Below are positions 14,513 through 27,765 of a stretch of DNA of 64,000 nt, one piece after another (the first letter of the stretch is position 1; the number at the start of each line of letters is the position of its first letter). Origin of the DNA: Camelus dromedarius (taxonomy: Eukaryota); NCBI RefSeq assembly GCF_036321535.1, contig NC_087447.1:33358001-33422000 (forward strand), read 5' to 3'. The notes beneath the pieces are model-generated. The model made no database searches and was not told the DNA's origin. It saw only the letters and a program-made list of their open reading frames with translations. Position numbers and translations under genes: made by a program.

Positions 14513-17500
14513 ACTCAAATATGATTCTAATAGTCAGTCTCCCTGCATCATTCTACATGACTTACCAGCCATGATTTTAATCATCAAGGGACATTCAAGG
14601 AACACCGACCCTGGCTGGAAGAGACCAGTACTCCATCAGTCATTGGCATTTGCTAGTCCATGACATGCCTTCAATCCTTCCAAAGCAACAAATCTTGTTT
14701 CTTTCTCCAGGGAACAGTCTATTATTATTTGCTGCTTGGGGACTCAAAGTCAAAAGAGAAATAACTTATCACCCAACAGAACACCATGCATGGATCAGAC
14801 ACCAAGATGAGCGAGACCCACTTGGAGCTTATCTACACTCAAGTGGTGGAAATGAGCAGGTGCTCAAAAGGAGACACATAATCTGCTGAAATGGGATTCC
14901 AGCTTGTTCTCCAACCACCGCTTTAATTTTAGCTCGTAGCAGAGATACCATTCCTTCATCTGACAAATATTTAATAAGCCCCTGCCATGTGCCCAGACAC
15001 TGTGCTAGACAACAGAGATATAACAAAAATGCCACGAACAGCAATAAATATGCCCTCATTCATATAATACTCGAGCAGGGATGGGTATCGTTGAGTATTG
15101 GGTTACAAAGAGATACTGTGATGAAGAGGAGCAAGGTGCTTCCCAGAATGCATCACAGACAAGGGTCCTAACACAAGCTATCAAAGAGGAGATTTGAGGG
15201 ACGAGGGAGGTTGGCTGGATAAAGCACAGGAGTTTCAAACACAGGGAGCAGCCTGTGTTCGTGATGTAATCAAGGAAATTAAAGGAGAAACATAAATGTT
15301 GGAATCATACTTTTTCTCCTCTCATTGGGAGCAGTCTAAAATTTGGACTCCACCTAGTGGCCCTGAATCTAGAGTTCTACCGCCAGTGAAAGACCAGTAA
15401 CACTTGGAAAACTATTTGCTTTCCTTAAATCCATTGTTCTAATCTGCATATAACACTGCCCATCATAATGAAGCCCCCACAGTCGCTCTCCAGATCCCAC
15501 TCCGTATCCTTTATAATTACAGCAAAGCCATCCACACATTCTGCTTCATCTCTGGCTTCTATAGCCAACGATGGACAAGTATCTTTAAGATTTCCCACTG
15601 TGATTTCTGCATAGCAAGGAGTGAACAGGCCACCACCCCTGGGCAGGACTTACTTTCTCTAAGACAAAGTCTGATTCTACGAGGAGTACCATTGCCTGCC
15701 CACTATTTCCTGCCCCTCACGTATCCCCCAGTAGGTCAAGAAGGCTATCTTTGAAGTGATGGACAATCTGAAAATGCACTCCAGATTCCTCTACCCTAAC
15801 TGAAACCCTAGAAAGCCAACACCTCTCATACCACTGCTGTTTGCCCAACCTTGAGTCATAAGTAGCAAAAGTAAACTTCGTACAATATATTCCATGTGCC
15901 TCGTTGGTATGAAGACACCTCCACTCATGGGCTGGCTCCATAGGAGGAATATGGCCCAAAGATCCTTGATTGCAACAAGGTACCCTAATGCACTCCACAA
16001 CCAACACACATACCACAGAAGCCTGGGCCCTGGAGGGGTGAGAACATGCCTTTAGCTCCTGTGGACAGAGGGTTGTGACACCAGGATGGGCCTGTTAAAG
16101 ACAAAGCTCTGGATTCTCACAGGTTCTGTCCTAGAAAGCAATTGGTTTTCTTCTACAGTAGTCAACATGTAAGAGTCTTCCAGTCCCAGGCGGCCTGGCC
16201 TTAGTTTCAGGTCTTCTCTCTGGGGCACCGTGCCTCCTTCCCAAGGCTCACTGGGCCCCAGGGACCCACTGATCCTCTTAGGGACACAGACATCACAGGC
16301 TCTCTGAGACTGCTCTCTCCTCCAAATGCCCTCTGTTTCCAACCTCAACAGTTGAGCATAACCCTGTCATTCCAGTGCCCACTGTGGCCCAATGCTGTGG
16401 GGGTTTTGATCAGATTCTGTCTATCAATATGCAGAGGACCTGACCCACCTGCAAACCGCCACTTCCTCTACGCAGGCCCTAGCTTACATTCTCGTCAAGT
16501 GCCTCTTCTCTAGATCTCTTTCCACCTCATGGAAATCCCCTCCCTCAAATTGTTTCAATTACAAATTCAGCTAAAATGAGGAGGAAGACTAGAAAAGAAG
16601 TCATGTGACACCAAGACTCTTCAGGAGGATTTAACTGAAGGGCATAAAATCTTTAACAGTACAAATAACCTCAACGAATTTCACACCAGGCCAGATGAAA
16701 AGGCAAGTGAGCATGAATTAAAATTACAGATAAATATATTGGGAACAGATGTTGGAAAGAACTTTTTCCCAACACCGAAAATCTGGAACATGCAGCGAAA
16801 CCCTCCAAAGTCACTGGCAACACTGGAGATAACAATTAGAGCCAATTCTGAAGGGAATGAAACCCTGAGGGGTGTGTCAAGAATTCAGAAATGGGCCAAA
16901 TGATTGGTGTGTTGTCCTGGAGGGATCCTGAGAATACAGTCAAGTTGTTTCCCCCCCTTTAACTGCGAGCACCAGCAATTCACAAGCAATCATTTTCTGC
17001 TAGGGCTACATTCACGCTTTTATTATTCCTTCCCAGACAGAAGCATCGATGTCACTCTGGTACCCACTCGCCTCTTCTCCACCCTCATGACCTCATACTT
17101 AAGCAGACAAGCTCCTGGCTAAAGCCATTACCTCGAGGTAATGATGAGGGTAAACAAATTTCATGCTGCAGGCACAAACTGTCCAGAGGCATCAGCGAAT
17201 GACTGCAGCAGTGATCAGGATTGTTCTGGCTGGTGCTGCTGGTGACTGAGACCTTGGACCCCAGCAATTGCACAGCGGCCGCTCCCTGCCAGCGCACATC
17301 ACCTTGATTCTCCCTGCGTGTGTTCCCCCGAACTCCCGCAGATCCATCCCTAGGACATCCTGGCTGCCCCTGAAGCCCTGAAGATTTAGCCACTTATTTT
17401 CATTTTTCTCTGAAGTGTAGAGAAATTAGTTACAGCATTTGTCACGATCCAGGATCTGAAGAGGCAAGGTGTCCAAGCACCTTGTCTGGGTATCAGTTCT

Positions 17501-19217
17501 GTTGATACTACCAACACCGGAAGTCAGTCAGAGACTGTTATTCTTAACTCAAAGGTCTTAGGTTTAATTCCCACAAAGAGAGAAACTCAGTGTAAAGCTA
17601 TAGTCTGCACCTCCCTCCTTGACCAGAAGTGTTGCAGGGCGGGGGAGGGGAAGTGTGACAATATCACCTTATAAAACAAAGGGCATGACTCAGAAAAAAA
17701 TCAGTTTCATAACCAAGCCAACACGTTATGTCTTGAGAAAACAAGTTGTAACTCCGTAAAATGGGTCTCAACACTATTTCATCTATGAAACAGATAGAGC
17801 CTATCAGCTGGTAAAGGAAATAATTTCATTCAGTCATTGACGGGAAAGCGACAGGACTCCTCGATGTGGTGGGAACATATCCCCATCCCTCCCTCATCCC
17901 CTGTATTTAGAAGGTCGAGTCATAAAATGTGATCATTAAAAACAAACGTTATTTTTTTTTTAAAAGTTGGAGAGCTTGATGGATATGATACAATCAACTG
18001 ATGGGGTCAGAAAGCTTTTAAAAGCACCCTCTGTTCCTTCTCAAATTCCAGTCTAAACCTGATGAAAATAAACCTTGAAAAACTGCAGTTCCCCTGGCAG
18101 GCATGAGAATGGCCCTGACATAGATTTCTAAGGAATCAAACTTTCATGGGGTGGTTTCCCTCAGTCTAATGACCTGACATTCCCAGTGAGACAGAGAGAG
18201 ACGACAGGTATGCTAATTGAAGCGCCTTCGGTGCAGGAACTCAAAGAGGTTACAGCCACTTCCGTTTCTGTAATCAGTAATATCAGGGTGGCAGAAACCA
18301 TACAGCTGCAATCACACTGCTGTGCTCACCCCTGAAATACGCATTTCAGGTCATCGGAGTCCCACCTCTCTGCCTGCCGATCAGGAGACAATCTCAATCC
18401 ACAAAGCAAATGGTACAAGCCTTTTCCTATGCAGGATAAAAATTACCACACATAGAAATGGAGGGTTTCTCACCTTTCCATTACTTTCTGTTTTTGAGAG
18501 GGGAAAAGGGGAGGAGGGAGGAGCGCTGAATAATATGCCTTGTAAGAGGCTCACCAGGTTTTCCTAGTCTTTTCAGAATAGAAATCGTTCAAACCCCTTC
18601 CTCCTCTGGCAAGACTCCACTCAAAACATGAACACAGAGGAAAAGGTAAAAGACAAATAGAAGTCAAAGGGGAAAAACACTTCCCACAATATTGCGAGAG
18701 ACTCTGAGGCTACTTCCAAGGATGCTCTTGGGAAATAAATTAGAATTAAGAGGTAGAACAAAATTCATGGAGAACATAGGTCGAGACAATGGACCTTTGA
18801 GCTCATCTAGATGGATCTTTTTTGTTAATTTTCATATACATTTTACATTTGCAGGAAAAATAGAATACCCCACTTCCCAGATAAATATATTTTTCATTTT
18901 CTGATTGCCCGACGTGCAGAGCAAGCCCCAGTATGTGGCCAAGTGGACTGAATGTTCTGGGCTCCTCTCCGCTATGGGTCAACAGAAAAGGAGTAAATGA
19001 TGCTGAAAAGGGCTTTAGTCCAAAATAATGCTTTCTTCATTCCAGGGTCTGAATTCTGAGAATAGGAGTAAATAGGAGAAACCTAAGCGAATCCATATAC
19101 CCAAATGCTTTCACTCAACCCACTCCTGGGAAAAGGGGCTCCCACTCTGTCTTTTCTGAAGACATGCTCTGATTCCTGTCAAAATGTAGACTTGTCAAGG
19201 GACGTTAAAAACTCCCT

Positions 19218-19443
19218 GATTTGCAAATATTAACTACTATATATAAAATAGATAAAAATAAATTTCTTCTGTATAGGGAACTATATTCAATATCTTACAG
19301 TAACTTATAATAAAAAAGAATATGAAAATGAATATATGTATGTATATGCATGACTGAAACATTATGCTATACACCAGAAATTGACACATTGTAACTAACT
19401 ATACCTCAATTTAAAAAAAAGGATTAAAATAAAAAACAAAAAA
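19218..19443 (+). mobile_element. Short L1 3' UTR fragment
   Basis: Close paralog of 53478-53700 (aactactatatataaaataga...gggaactatattca...accagaaattgacaca), followed by an A-rich tail. Confidence 0.9.
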
Positions 19444-20277
19444 CTTGCCTTACTCAAGTGCAGGCACAGACACACACCCTTGGGGAAAAACAAAACCATC
19501 AGCTGCCAAATAAAAGAGCTGGTAGTTTCCTGGCTGAGAAGGGAGGCAGGTAAGAGGAAGAAGAAAGTCTTCAATTGGACAGACTGGGCCTAGCTATGAT
19601 CTCATCTGTGAAGTCTTACTCCCACCTCCTACTTTTCCCTCAAAGCTGACTCAGCTTTGGTAAAAAGCCACCAGGTTGCTAGCAATGGCAGCCCTGAATG
19701 AGTCAACTTTTCAATGAGACGTCGCATTGCTCAGCATCTTCCTTGGTATAAAGAAAAAAAAGTGCCTGTATTCTGGAGAAATGCTAGCAGCAGCAGTGGC
19801 ACCTGGTCTGTTGTAAATTGGGTCAAAGCAATGAAAATCCTCCTGAATTTGTGGGATAATCAATGATCCTGCCCTAATGAAACCATAAATCAGAAAAGAT
19901 TTACATAAACTGAGTCCCACTTGGCACCTCAACAAATAGCCAGTGATGAATTTTGCATTAAATCGTAAGACCTACCTAACAACCCCATCAGTTACCAATA
20001 AAAGGCATCCCTCTGAAATTTCCGTCAATCTCCAGTCTTTCTAAAGCATCCCAGCTGCAAATATACTTGTAGCCATGAGAGCAGATATATCAGGGAAGAT
20101 ACTCAGATGGCATGTCACAAATTATAACAGTGATTCGTGGCAGGCAACATAGTAGTTCTCCCAGGAAATTTACCAAAACATAGCTCTCTTATGACTAAAC
20201 ACAAAGAGAAATCCCAGCCTAAGCTGAAAACACCCCATGATCAAATGTATGCTTTCATGTATCAGAAGGTACTCAAG

Positions 20278-20477
20278 GAGGGGTTAGCAAATTACGAGCT
20301 GCCACCTGTTTCTCTAAATGAAATTTTACTGAAACACAGCCACTAATTTATCAATTTACCTATTGCCAATGCTGCTCGTGCAATACAACAGCAAAGGTGT
20401 GTAGTTGCAACAGAAACCTTCTGGCCCCCAAAAGTCTAGCACGTTTACTTTATGGCCCTTTGTATCTGCCAACCCTG
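20278..20477 (+). mobile_element. hAT-Charlie MITE (MER58A-like)
   Basis: ggggttagcaaattac...gctgccacctgttt...aaattttactgaaacacagcca...gtagttgcaacagaaacc...tggccctttg...tgccaaccctg. Confidence 0.75.
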
Positions 20478-21338
20478 CTGCTAGACAAAAGATAGAAAAA
20501 AGTAAAACATGACATTACCTGAGCTCAACCTCCATACTTCTGGGATTTTAACTCTAGAAGCTTCCAGGGTAAACCAAAAAGGATCTAACTCATGGGGTAT
20601 TTTGAGAACATGGAGAAGACTGTGACGGGCAGAGGTTCAAAATAATAGCTATGAGTTTAACTGGATTTATCGTGTAAGATTTTGAATAAATTTTAGGTTC
20701 TCCTAATCTGTTTAATTCTGCCTGGGTGAGAAGTTACAGAGTGGACGTGATGTGTGATCTGGAGGATTTGAAGAAATAATAAACTTAGAAGAGAGGGGAA
20801 TTCCGGGAAGAGGAAGCAAAATAATTTCTGCCCAAGAATGAATTACCAGTCAGGTGTTACTTACTTGAAACTTTTTCCTTGCAGGAAGTTTAAAAAAAAA
20901 AATTGTATCTAAAGGATTCACTATGTGTCATCCTCTGTCAGATTTGGGAACTGACCCATGGAATGGCTGAAAAAATGTTTCCCAATCCCACTCATTAGAA
21001 AAATATAGTAATAATGATAACGCTTACTGTAATAACCATTACTGCAGAAACCATCATTACCATTAGTATAGGAACCATTGTCTACTGAGTATTTATCATA
21101 TGCTAAACAAGCATGATGCTCGATATTTACGCATTATCCCATTTAATCCTCACAGCAGTCCAACGGGACAGACAGGATTTTTATCCCCTTTTTACAACTG
21201 ATAAGCCCATTACTGAGACAGGTACATAGGATACACATTTCTAAGTAGCAGAGTTTTGGACCCATGTTATTATCATCACACTATTCATTAAATCTTCATG
21301 CCCCCAGCCCCCAAAGCCCCATTGCCAAGCCCCCTTAC

Positions 21339-21438
21339 CTCTGCAGACACTACAGCACTGATTCTCTGGGAGAATGTGATCCTTTTCCGAGCAGTTCAAA
21401 GGAGGGCACGCTTCTGTAATTTTTACTAAAACTCCACC
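21339..21438 (-). CDS. NELL1: NELL1 coding exon (exon 11 equivalent), second half of VWC2
   Basis: 100 nt; GGVLVKITEACPPLNCSEKDHILPENQCCSVCR(G). Acceptor tttggcttgcag, donor gtaagg; phase 0 to 1. Confidence 0.97.
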
Positions 21439-21715
21439 CTGCAAGCCAAATAATCAGGAAACAAACAAACAAACAGAAGTTCATATTTTTAGTTGATGAT
21501 CCAAATGTATAATCCAAATGCTCATTGTTAACAGCCTGCAATGATAACAACCTACAATAATTAATAGCACTCCCAGGAATGCCACACTAATGACAAAGCT
21601 GCAAATTAAATTGACGAGACTCCGGGAAGAGAAGGCCAATTTCCCTTTCTACATCAAAAGAGCCTCAATTCAACAAATGGTTTTGAGTATCTTCTGTGTA
21701 GCAGAATGTCACTGA

Positions 21716-21909
21716 CAGTGTGGAGCCGGTAAATTTTTTAACAACTGACTGCTGGATGGGGGAAACCCTAGTTTCAGCATTTTCTGATTTCTTTGCCTAA
21801 ATACCCTGACATTTCGAATTACCAACATGATATCACTGACCACAGAGTTGGGAAGTTATGTTCAATGATCTCTCATGAGCTTTGATGAGACAGTTTCAGC
21901 ACTGCCCTG
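21716..21909 (-). mobile_element. hAT-Blackjack MITE (MER63A-like)
   Basis: cagtgtggagccggtaaat...ttaccaacatgatatcactgaccacagagttgggaag...cagcactgccctg resembles the recalled MER63A reverse complement. Confidence 0.65.
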
Positions 21910-23169
21910 CATTACAAGCACCGTGAAACCAAAGATAAATAAGACACCTTTCTTGCCCTTGACGAACACACAGTTCGGGGAGGGGGGGCCTCAAGCTAGA
22001 AACTGTAATACAATACAGTAAGTCCTTAAAAAGTGCTCTAATAACAGTACGATAATGTGCTATGGGAGAAAAATTATCAAGATGCTATATTTGAAGGAAC
22101 TAAATAATGGAATACTTTAAGGACAGAATTTCCTGGCAGAGGAAACAGACAAGAATCAAAGTGTACAGGTACTGACGAACGGAAAGAGGGTTAGTTAGAT
22201 GAGCACTAGATTTTCCGTAGAAATAAATAAAATCACTTACAATAAAAATGTAAATAAATCTTCAGCAGTTGATCTTTCTGACCTCACTTTGCCAAGGTCC
22301 TCTTTGCTGACATTACTAGCATCTATATTTAGTTTCACTCTGCATTTTTGAAATCAGTTCGTTAATTATTATAAAAAGAGTTTGAGAGTCTACTTTTATC
22401 TAAAGTATTAAGTTTTTCTCTCTGATTCTTAAGAGGATGGTTAAGTCAACTGAGAAGCAAGCATCCCCTGTAACACCCAAAGGTAATTCTCCACACAGAT
22501 GGGAGAAGAGGATGGTGCAGGGCAGCCAGGAGGGATTGGGGAGATTCTGAGTTTCGCCATCTCCAAGAGATGCTGTCATCCCAGTGGCCCCAGAGTGTCC
22601 TGGCTTGGCAGGAACTCTCATATCAGACACGTCCATTCTTAAATATGAGCATAAGCCTAACTTTAAATGTCAAATATAAATGTAATTTCCAGCTACTCAT
22701 CATTTGGGTTATTTGCCCCCTGGCTTCCTCCCTTTTCTCATGAATTTCAGCCCAGTCAGCCTAGCCTCTAGAATTCCTTGTGGTTGTCTTTTGTTGTCCT
22801 TTGCTTTTCATTTCTCCATCTGTCCCCAGGCCTCGATATCTCTTGCTTTTCTCCTGTCTTAAAACTGGCCTTAAGAGTCTGAGAAGTGATCCTGCTATTA
22901 TTCATCCTCTGTCCCCTTTTTGGCTACATCCCCTTCTCACCCTTCAGGCCAGGCCCCTCAGATGGCACTGAGCCTCTAGAGCCAGCACCAGGCTAAGGTC
23001 AGTATGCTCATCAGTGGTACCTAACCAACTGTCACAGACCAACTGTTAATAACCTTACTGTCAGTAACATAAGCTAAGTGCAAAGGAAAACACAATGCTT
23101 AACATTCACCATTGTTGCTTCTGCTTCTGTCCTTCAATATTAGTATGTTTATTCATTATCTATGGCCCC

Positions 23170-23623
23170 CTTGCATAAACAAGAGTGCCAGACACCACTG
23201 GACCCCTTTTATCAGTTCGATGTGCCCGTCCTCCAGCTTCGAATGCCTTTCTGCTAACGGCTCACCCCTTCACCCTCAGAGGGTCCCTTGGGACACTGCA
23301 GCCACTTCATCCATGCACAGTCAGAAGTAACATACAAGTTCCACATCCCTGACCCCCACTGCCTGACGCCAGTGACTGACAAGCACAGAAAGTTCTTTAC
23401 CTCAAGAGGAGACTCCAGAACCTGGAGGATCACTGGGGGATCAGGGCACCTCTGGCCTTTCCCCTAGAAGTGCACTTTCGCTGAGCTTCCTGTACCCACT
23501 GCAGCCCGCGTCCCCCCCTCCCCCGACTCTTACTGCTTTCTCCCGGGAGCACTACCTTAATAAACCTCTTGTACTAAAATCCTTAGCTTAGGGTCTGCTT
23601 CTGGGAGAATCTAAACTAAGATG
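23170..23623 (+). mobile_element. ERVL LTR (LTR16-like)
   Basis: 3' end ccttaataaacctcttgtactaaaatccttagcttagggtctgcttctgggagaatctaaactaaga resembles the recalled LTR16 U5. Confidence 0.65.
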
Positions 23624-24964
23624 ATAAGATAAACTCCACTCTTGCTGTCAAAAACATTAAACTCTTCAAGGAGATTATCTCTAGGTGAGATTCTGGGGTG
23701 ATTTCCTTTTTCCTCCTTATAATTCCTTCCTTTCTCTATATTCCAAATTTTATATCTTGAATATATATTTGCTTTTGTAGGAAAGAGGACAATATTAAAA
23801 ATGCTACAGAATTTTTTTAAAATAATTACTCATGAAAAGTTCTCTTTTTTATATAAAAAGACTGCTTTGACTGCTGATTAAATCGGTCAACAATTCCAAT
23901 CAACCTTTAACGTATTTAATGAGCACGATCGTAATTCCAAATGTTCAAATAGAGACAAACCCTTCTGCATGAATTTGGAAATAATATGAACTGTGATTAC
24001 AGTAACGTAAGTACCACCAAATCAATTCAGTCCAGCTACATAATTTGGCACAAAGCTTTTTTAACTTTATTTTGAAAACTCTCTCTAATAAGAAGTATCT
24101 GATGATTAACATTTTAAAATCCTTCTGATTATGGTCTGTTATTCTATGATCTCTGGATCTCTGCACTGGTGGAAACATGCAATTCTTCTGTTCTTTCTCA
24201 TTTAGAGTGGCTGTCACCATGTCAGCGATCAAATAGAAACACTCTGAAGTTCTGTACTAATCACTGTGCTTCAACCTGAATTTCTAACAACATGTAAAAC
24301 TCACATCTGTAAGTTTAAAAAAAATGTTGCTAGCCTAAAAAAAATGTTACAGGGCAGCAAAACTGTACAAAACAGACCACGACTGCTAGAGAGTTTATTC
24401 TTCTTGATTTTTTAAAAAACAGTCTGTTAACTTCTGGAAACACTTGGTAAAAATATTTAAAGCAAGAGTTTGTTTCTTTTCTAACTGGTGTTGCTGAAGC
24501 TTGAAAATGATTCCAGGAAAGTGACACACATGGACTGCCAGGCAGCCTTTCATCAACTAGGGATCTGCATTTGAACCACAGAACACAAGAAATTACCTGA
24601 GTAACCATTTGCTCAGTTCTCCCAAGGACAGCACTTACGCAGCCCCGTTTTAGATCTCAGAGAGAAGTTAACCCACCACACACAACAGGTGCCTCAGGGC
24701 ATCAGGGCTTAAACCTTGAGAAAGGACACCCAAGAGAGACCAAGGCCCTCCCATCCTACACCCGGCACCCTCTCTCCCTGCTGACAACATCCATTCAGCG
24801 TGTCCCAAAGCTCTTCTATGGCTTTTTATAAATGCTACCCTTTATCAAGGAAATCAAAGAGCCACAGCCTGACCAAACTGGTGTTCTCAGATAGACGAAA
24901 AGTGATCATTCAGTCCTTCTGAATCTACCCTTATGAGAACTATTTCTAAGTAAGTCTAACCATC

Positions 24965-25215
24965 AGGAGTGGCAGTAGAGAGACTGAGAGAGGCACCTGT
25001 AGATCAGACCTCACAGATTCAGATCCCAATTAGCCCCCTTATTAGCTATGTGACTTTGATCTTCTGTGCCTCAATTTCCTCATCTATAAAATGGGGATGA
25101 TGGTAATAGTACCTCCTTCATAGGGTTATTATGAGGTTTATATTAAATAATGTTTAAAATGTTTTAAATAGCATCAAGAAAATACCACATGCTCAAGAAA
25201 TGTTAAATACTATTG
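24965..25215 (+). mobile_element. MIR SINE
   Basis: ttattagctatgtgactttg...ctgtgcctcaatttcctcatctataaaatggggatgatggtaatagtacctcc. Confidence 0.8.
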
Positions 25216-25325
25216 CCAGTGACCCTTCTCTCTGTACACAAAGTAATAATTTAGTAAGTAACTGTGGAAAGACAATAAATGAATTTAATGACTTTTTAAG
25301 AGAGGCTGAAATCACTCACATACCT

Positions 25326-25397
25326 TATATACACACACACACACATATATATAGGTATATATATACCTATATACACACACATGCACATACCACATAT
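25326..25397. repeat. (CA)/(TA) compound microsatellite
   Basis: tatatacacacacacacacatatatataggtatatatatacctatatacacacacatgcacatac. Confidence 0.9.
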
Positions 25398-26540
25398 GCA
25401 AAGAGAGTTCCCCGTCTGCCCCAATTTCTTCCTAAATTGTAAAAATACAGCAAAACAAAAACAGTTCAAGATGAACCAAAGCAGGCAGAGCACCTAAAAT
25501 GCACCAGTAACCATGTTAAGTGCATTTCCAATACACTGGCATGTAAATCCACACCCATACCTTCTGGGAGTCTCACACAGTGTCTGCCCTGACCCTTTCT
25601 GATGGTAAGAGAGATCGAGTCACAATCGTGAGCCTTGCCAGAGTCACCCACTACTTTCACTCAACATGTTAAGAGGGTTGCGAATTGTGAGTGAAAGATA
25701 CAGGGTGGAAACTGGGATCATCAGCAGAGTGGGTAAAACTGCCTTTAGTCATCCCAACTTCCTTTGAGGGGGAAGAAAAAAGCAAGAGTTTTAGAATCCA
25801 AATCGTATTCCCTCCCTTAGAAGTGAAAGGGCTGACAGAACGGGACATCTGTCTTACGTTCACGGAGGGCACGTATGGTCATGTGGGGCAATTCTGAGCT
25901 GCTTACATCTGTTGAGGGCTTACTTTGTGCCAGCCAAGTCCTTCACATGCTTCATCTCACTCAACTCACCCAACATCTGCATGTGGAAATGTGCCAGGGG
26001 CCACCCCAGCAGCTCCCCCACTCCCAGGTCTGGAAGCTTCCTTTGTTGATCGAGAGATCTTGGAACCCTCGCTGTCACACCATCCCTGTCTCTGCCACAG
26101 AGTAAGGAGCCCCTATCCACAGCACCCACTGACACAGAAGGACCACCACACCTGCATACCCATCAAGCTGTCTGGACCCATGGAATCTCTGACATTCCCA
26201 GTGGCAGCCAAGAAAGAGGGACTGGGAAATACAAGATGGAAGTTCAAGGGACTTTAACCCCTGGGGTAGATTCTCACCAATGAGCGGGAACAGGAAAGAG
26301 CCTTCCCTCTACCGAAGCTGTTCATAAAGAACTGAATTCAAGCCCCTTGAGAGCTTCTGCAGGTCTCTAAATGCCTCATTCTCTTCAACCTTTAAAATGC
26401 ATTTCCTTTTTTTTTCCCAAGGATGTGATGAGAAGAAAATGAAATGTTGTAGGTACAAGCATTTGGAAATATGGTCTATTCTGAGACACAGTGGGTCCAG
26501 CCAGACTCCCTAGAGATGCCCCACAGAACCAGCTGTGTTT

Positions 26541-27107
26541 TCTATTTACAGTAGCCAAGACACGGAAGCAACCTAAATGTCCATCAACAGGTGACTGGAT
26601 AAAGATGTAATACATACACACATGTGCGCGCGCGCGTGCAGTGGAATACTACTCAGCCACAAAAAAAGAATGAAATAATGCCATTTGCAGCAACATGGAT
26701 GGGCCTAGAGATTATCATACTATGTAAATTCAGTCAAACAGAGAAAGACAAAAATATCATATGATATCACTTATTTGTAGAATCTAAAAATATGACACAA
26801 ATGAACTAATTTACAAAACAGTGACAGAATCATAGACATAGAAAACAAATTTATGGTTACCAAAGGGAAAAGAGTAGGGAAGAGGGATAAATCAGCAGTT
26901 TGAGATTAGCAGATACAAACTACTATATATAAAATAGCTAAATAACAAGGTCTTACTGTATAGCACAGGGAACCATATTCAATAGATTATAATAACTTAT
27001 AATAAAAAAGAATATGAAAAAGTGTATAACTGAACCACTATGATGCACACCAGAAACTAACAACACTGTAAATCAAATATACTTCAATCAAGAAAAAAAA
27101 AAAAAAG
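26541..27107 (+). mobile_element. L1 3' end (ORF2 tail, 3' UTR, poly-A)
   Basis: gtagccaagacacggaagcaacctaaatgtccatcaacag...gaatgaaataatgccatttgcagcaacatggat...; similar to 53140-53680; A-tail to 27106. Confidence 0.92.
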
Positions 27108-27109
27108 TT

Positions 27110-27765
27110 GTGCTTTGCTGTGGGGCTGTGGCTGCTCTGGAAGGTACCACCTGCTCTGAAAGGTATTTGCACTCCCTCCTTTCCTCCCTTCCCTGTCTCT
27201 CACTCTGGCATTCCTAAGACACACCTCACCCAAATAACTGCTCGTCTAGTTCCCACACTTCATCTGGCACTTTGTTCAAATAGTACCTCCCCAGAGAGGC
27301 CTTCCCAGACCACCCACCCCCACTGCCAACCTGCTCTGCATTTTGGATAGTATTTGGCATCATCGTTGACCCTTGAACAAATAATGCAGGGGTTAGGGCA
27401 CCAACCCTCCACACAGTCTAAAATCCACACGTAATTTATAGTCAACCCCTTGTATCTGTGATTCCTCTGTATCCACGGTTCTCCACCCAAGCACCCAACC
27501 GACTGCAGACAGGGTAGCACTGCAGTCCTTACTACCAAAAAATTTCATGTATAAGGTGACCTGCACAGTTCAAACCTGCACTGTTCAAGGGTCAGCTGTA
27601 TCTTGTGAATTTATTTACATCTTGCTGTCTGTCTCCCCACCATACTGCAAGTTCTATAAAGACAGGGACCTTGTTTTGTCCACTGTTTTGTACCCAGAGT
27701 CTAGTACAATGCTGGTAAGTAGCAGTTGCCCAATGGATGTTTTTTGAATCGTTACTGAATGAGCT
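27110..27765 (+). mobile_element. L2 3' fragment, host of the Tigger MITE
   Basis: tacctccccagagaggccttcccagaccacc...gcaagttctataaagacagggaccttgttttgtccactg...gttttttgaatcgttactgaatga. Confidence 0.7.
27363..27598. mobile_element. TcMar-Tigger MITE (MER8/Tigger2-like) inserted in an L2 relic
   Basis: Terminal inverted repeats gttgacccttgaaca ... tgttcaagggtcagctg, followed by TA. Confidence 0.8.

Noticed and set aside
16570..16850. Possible ancient CR1/L3 fragment
   Set aside because: The resemblance is too faint to support without an HMM search.
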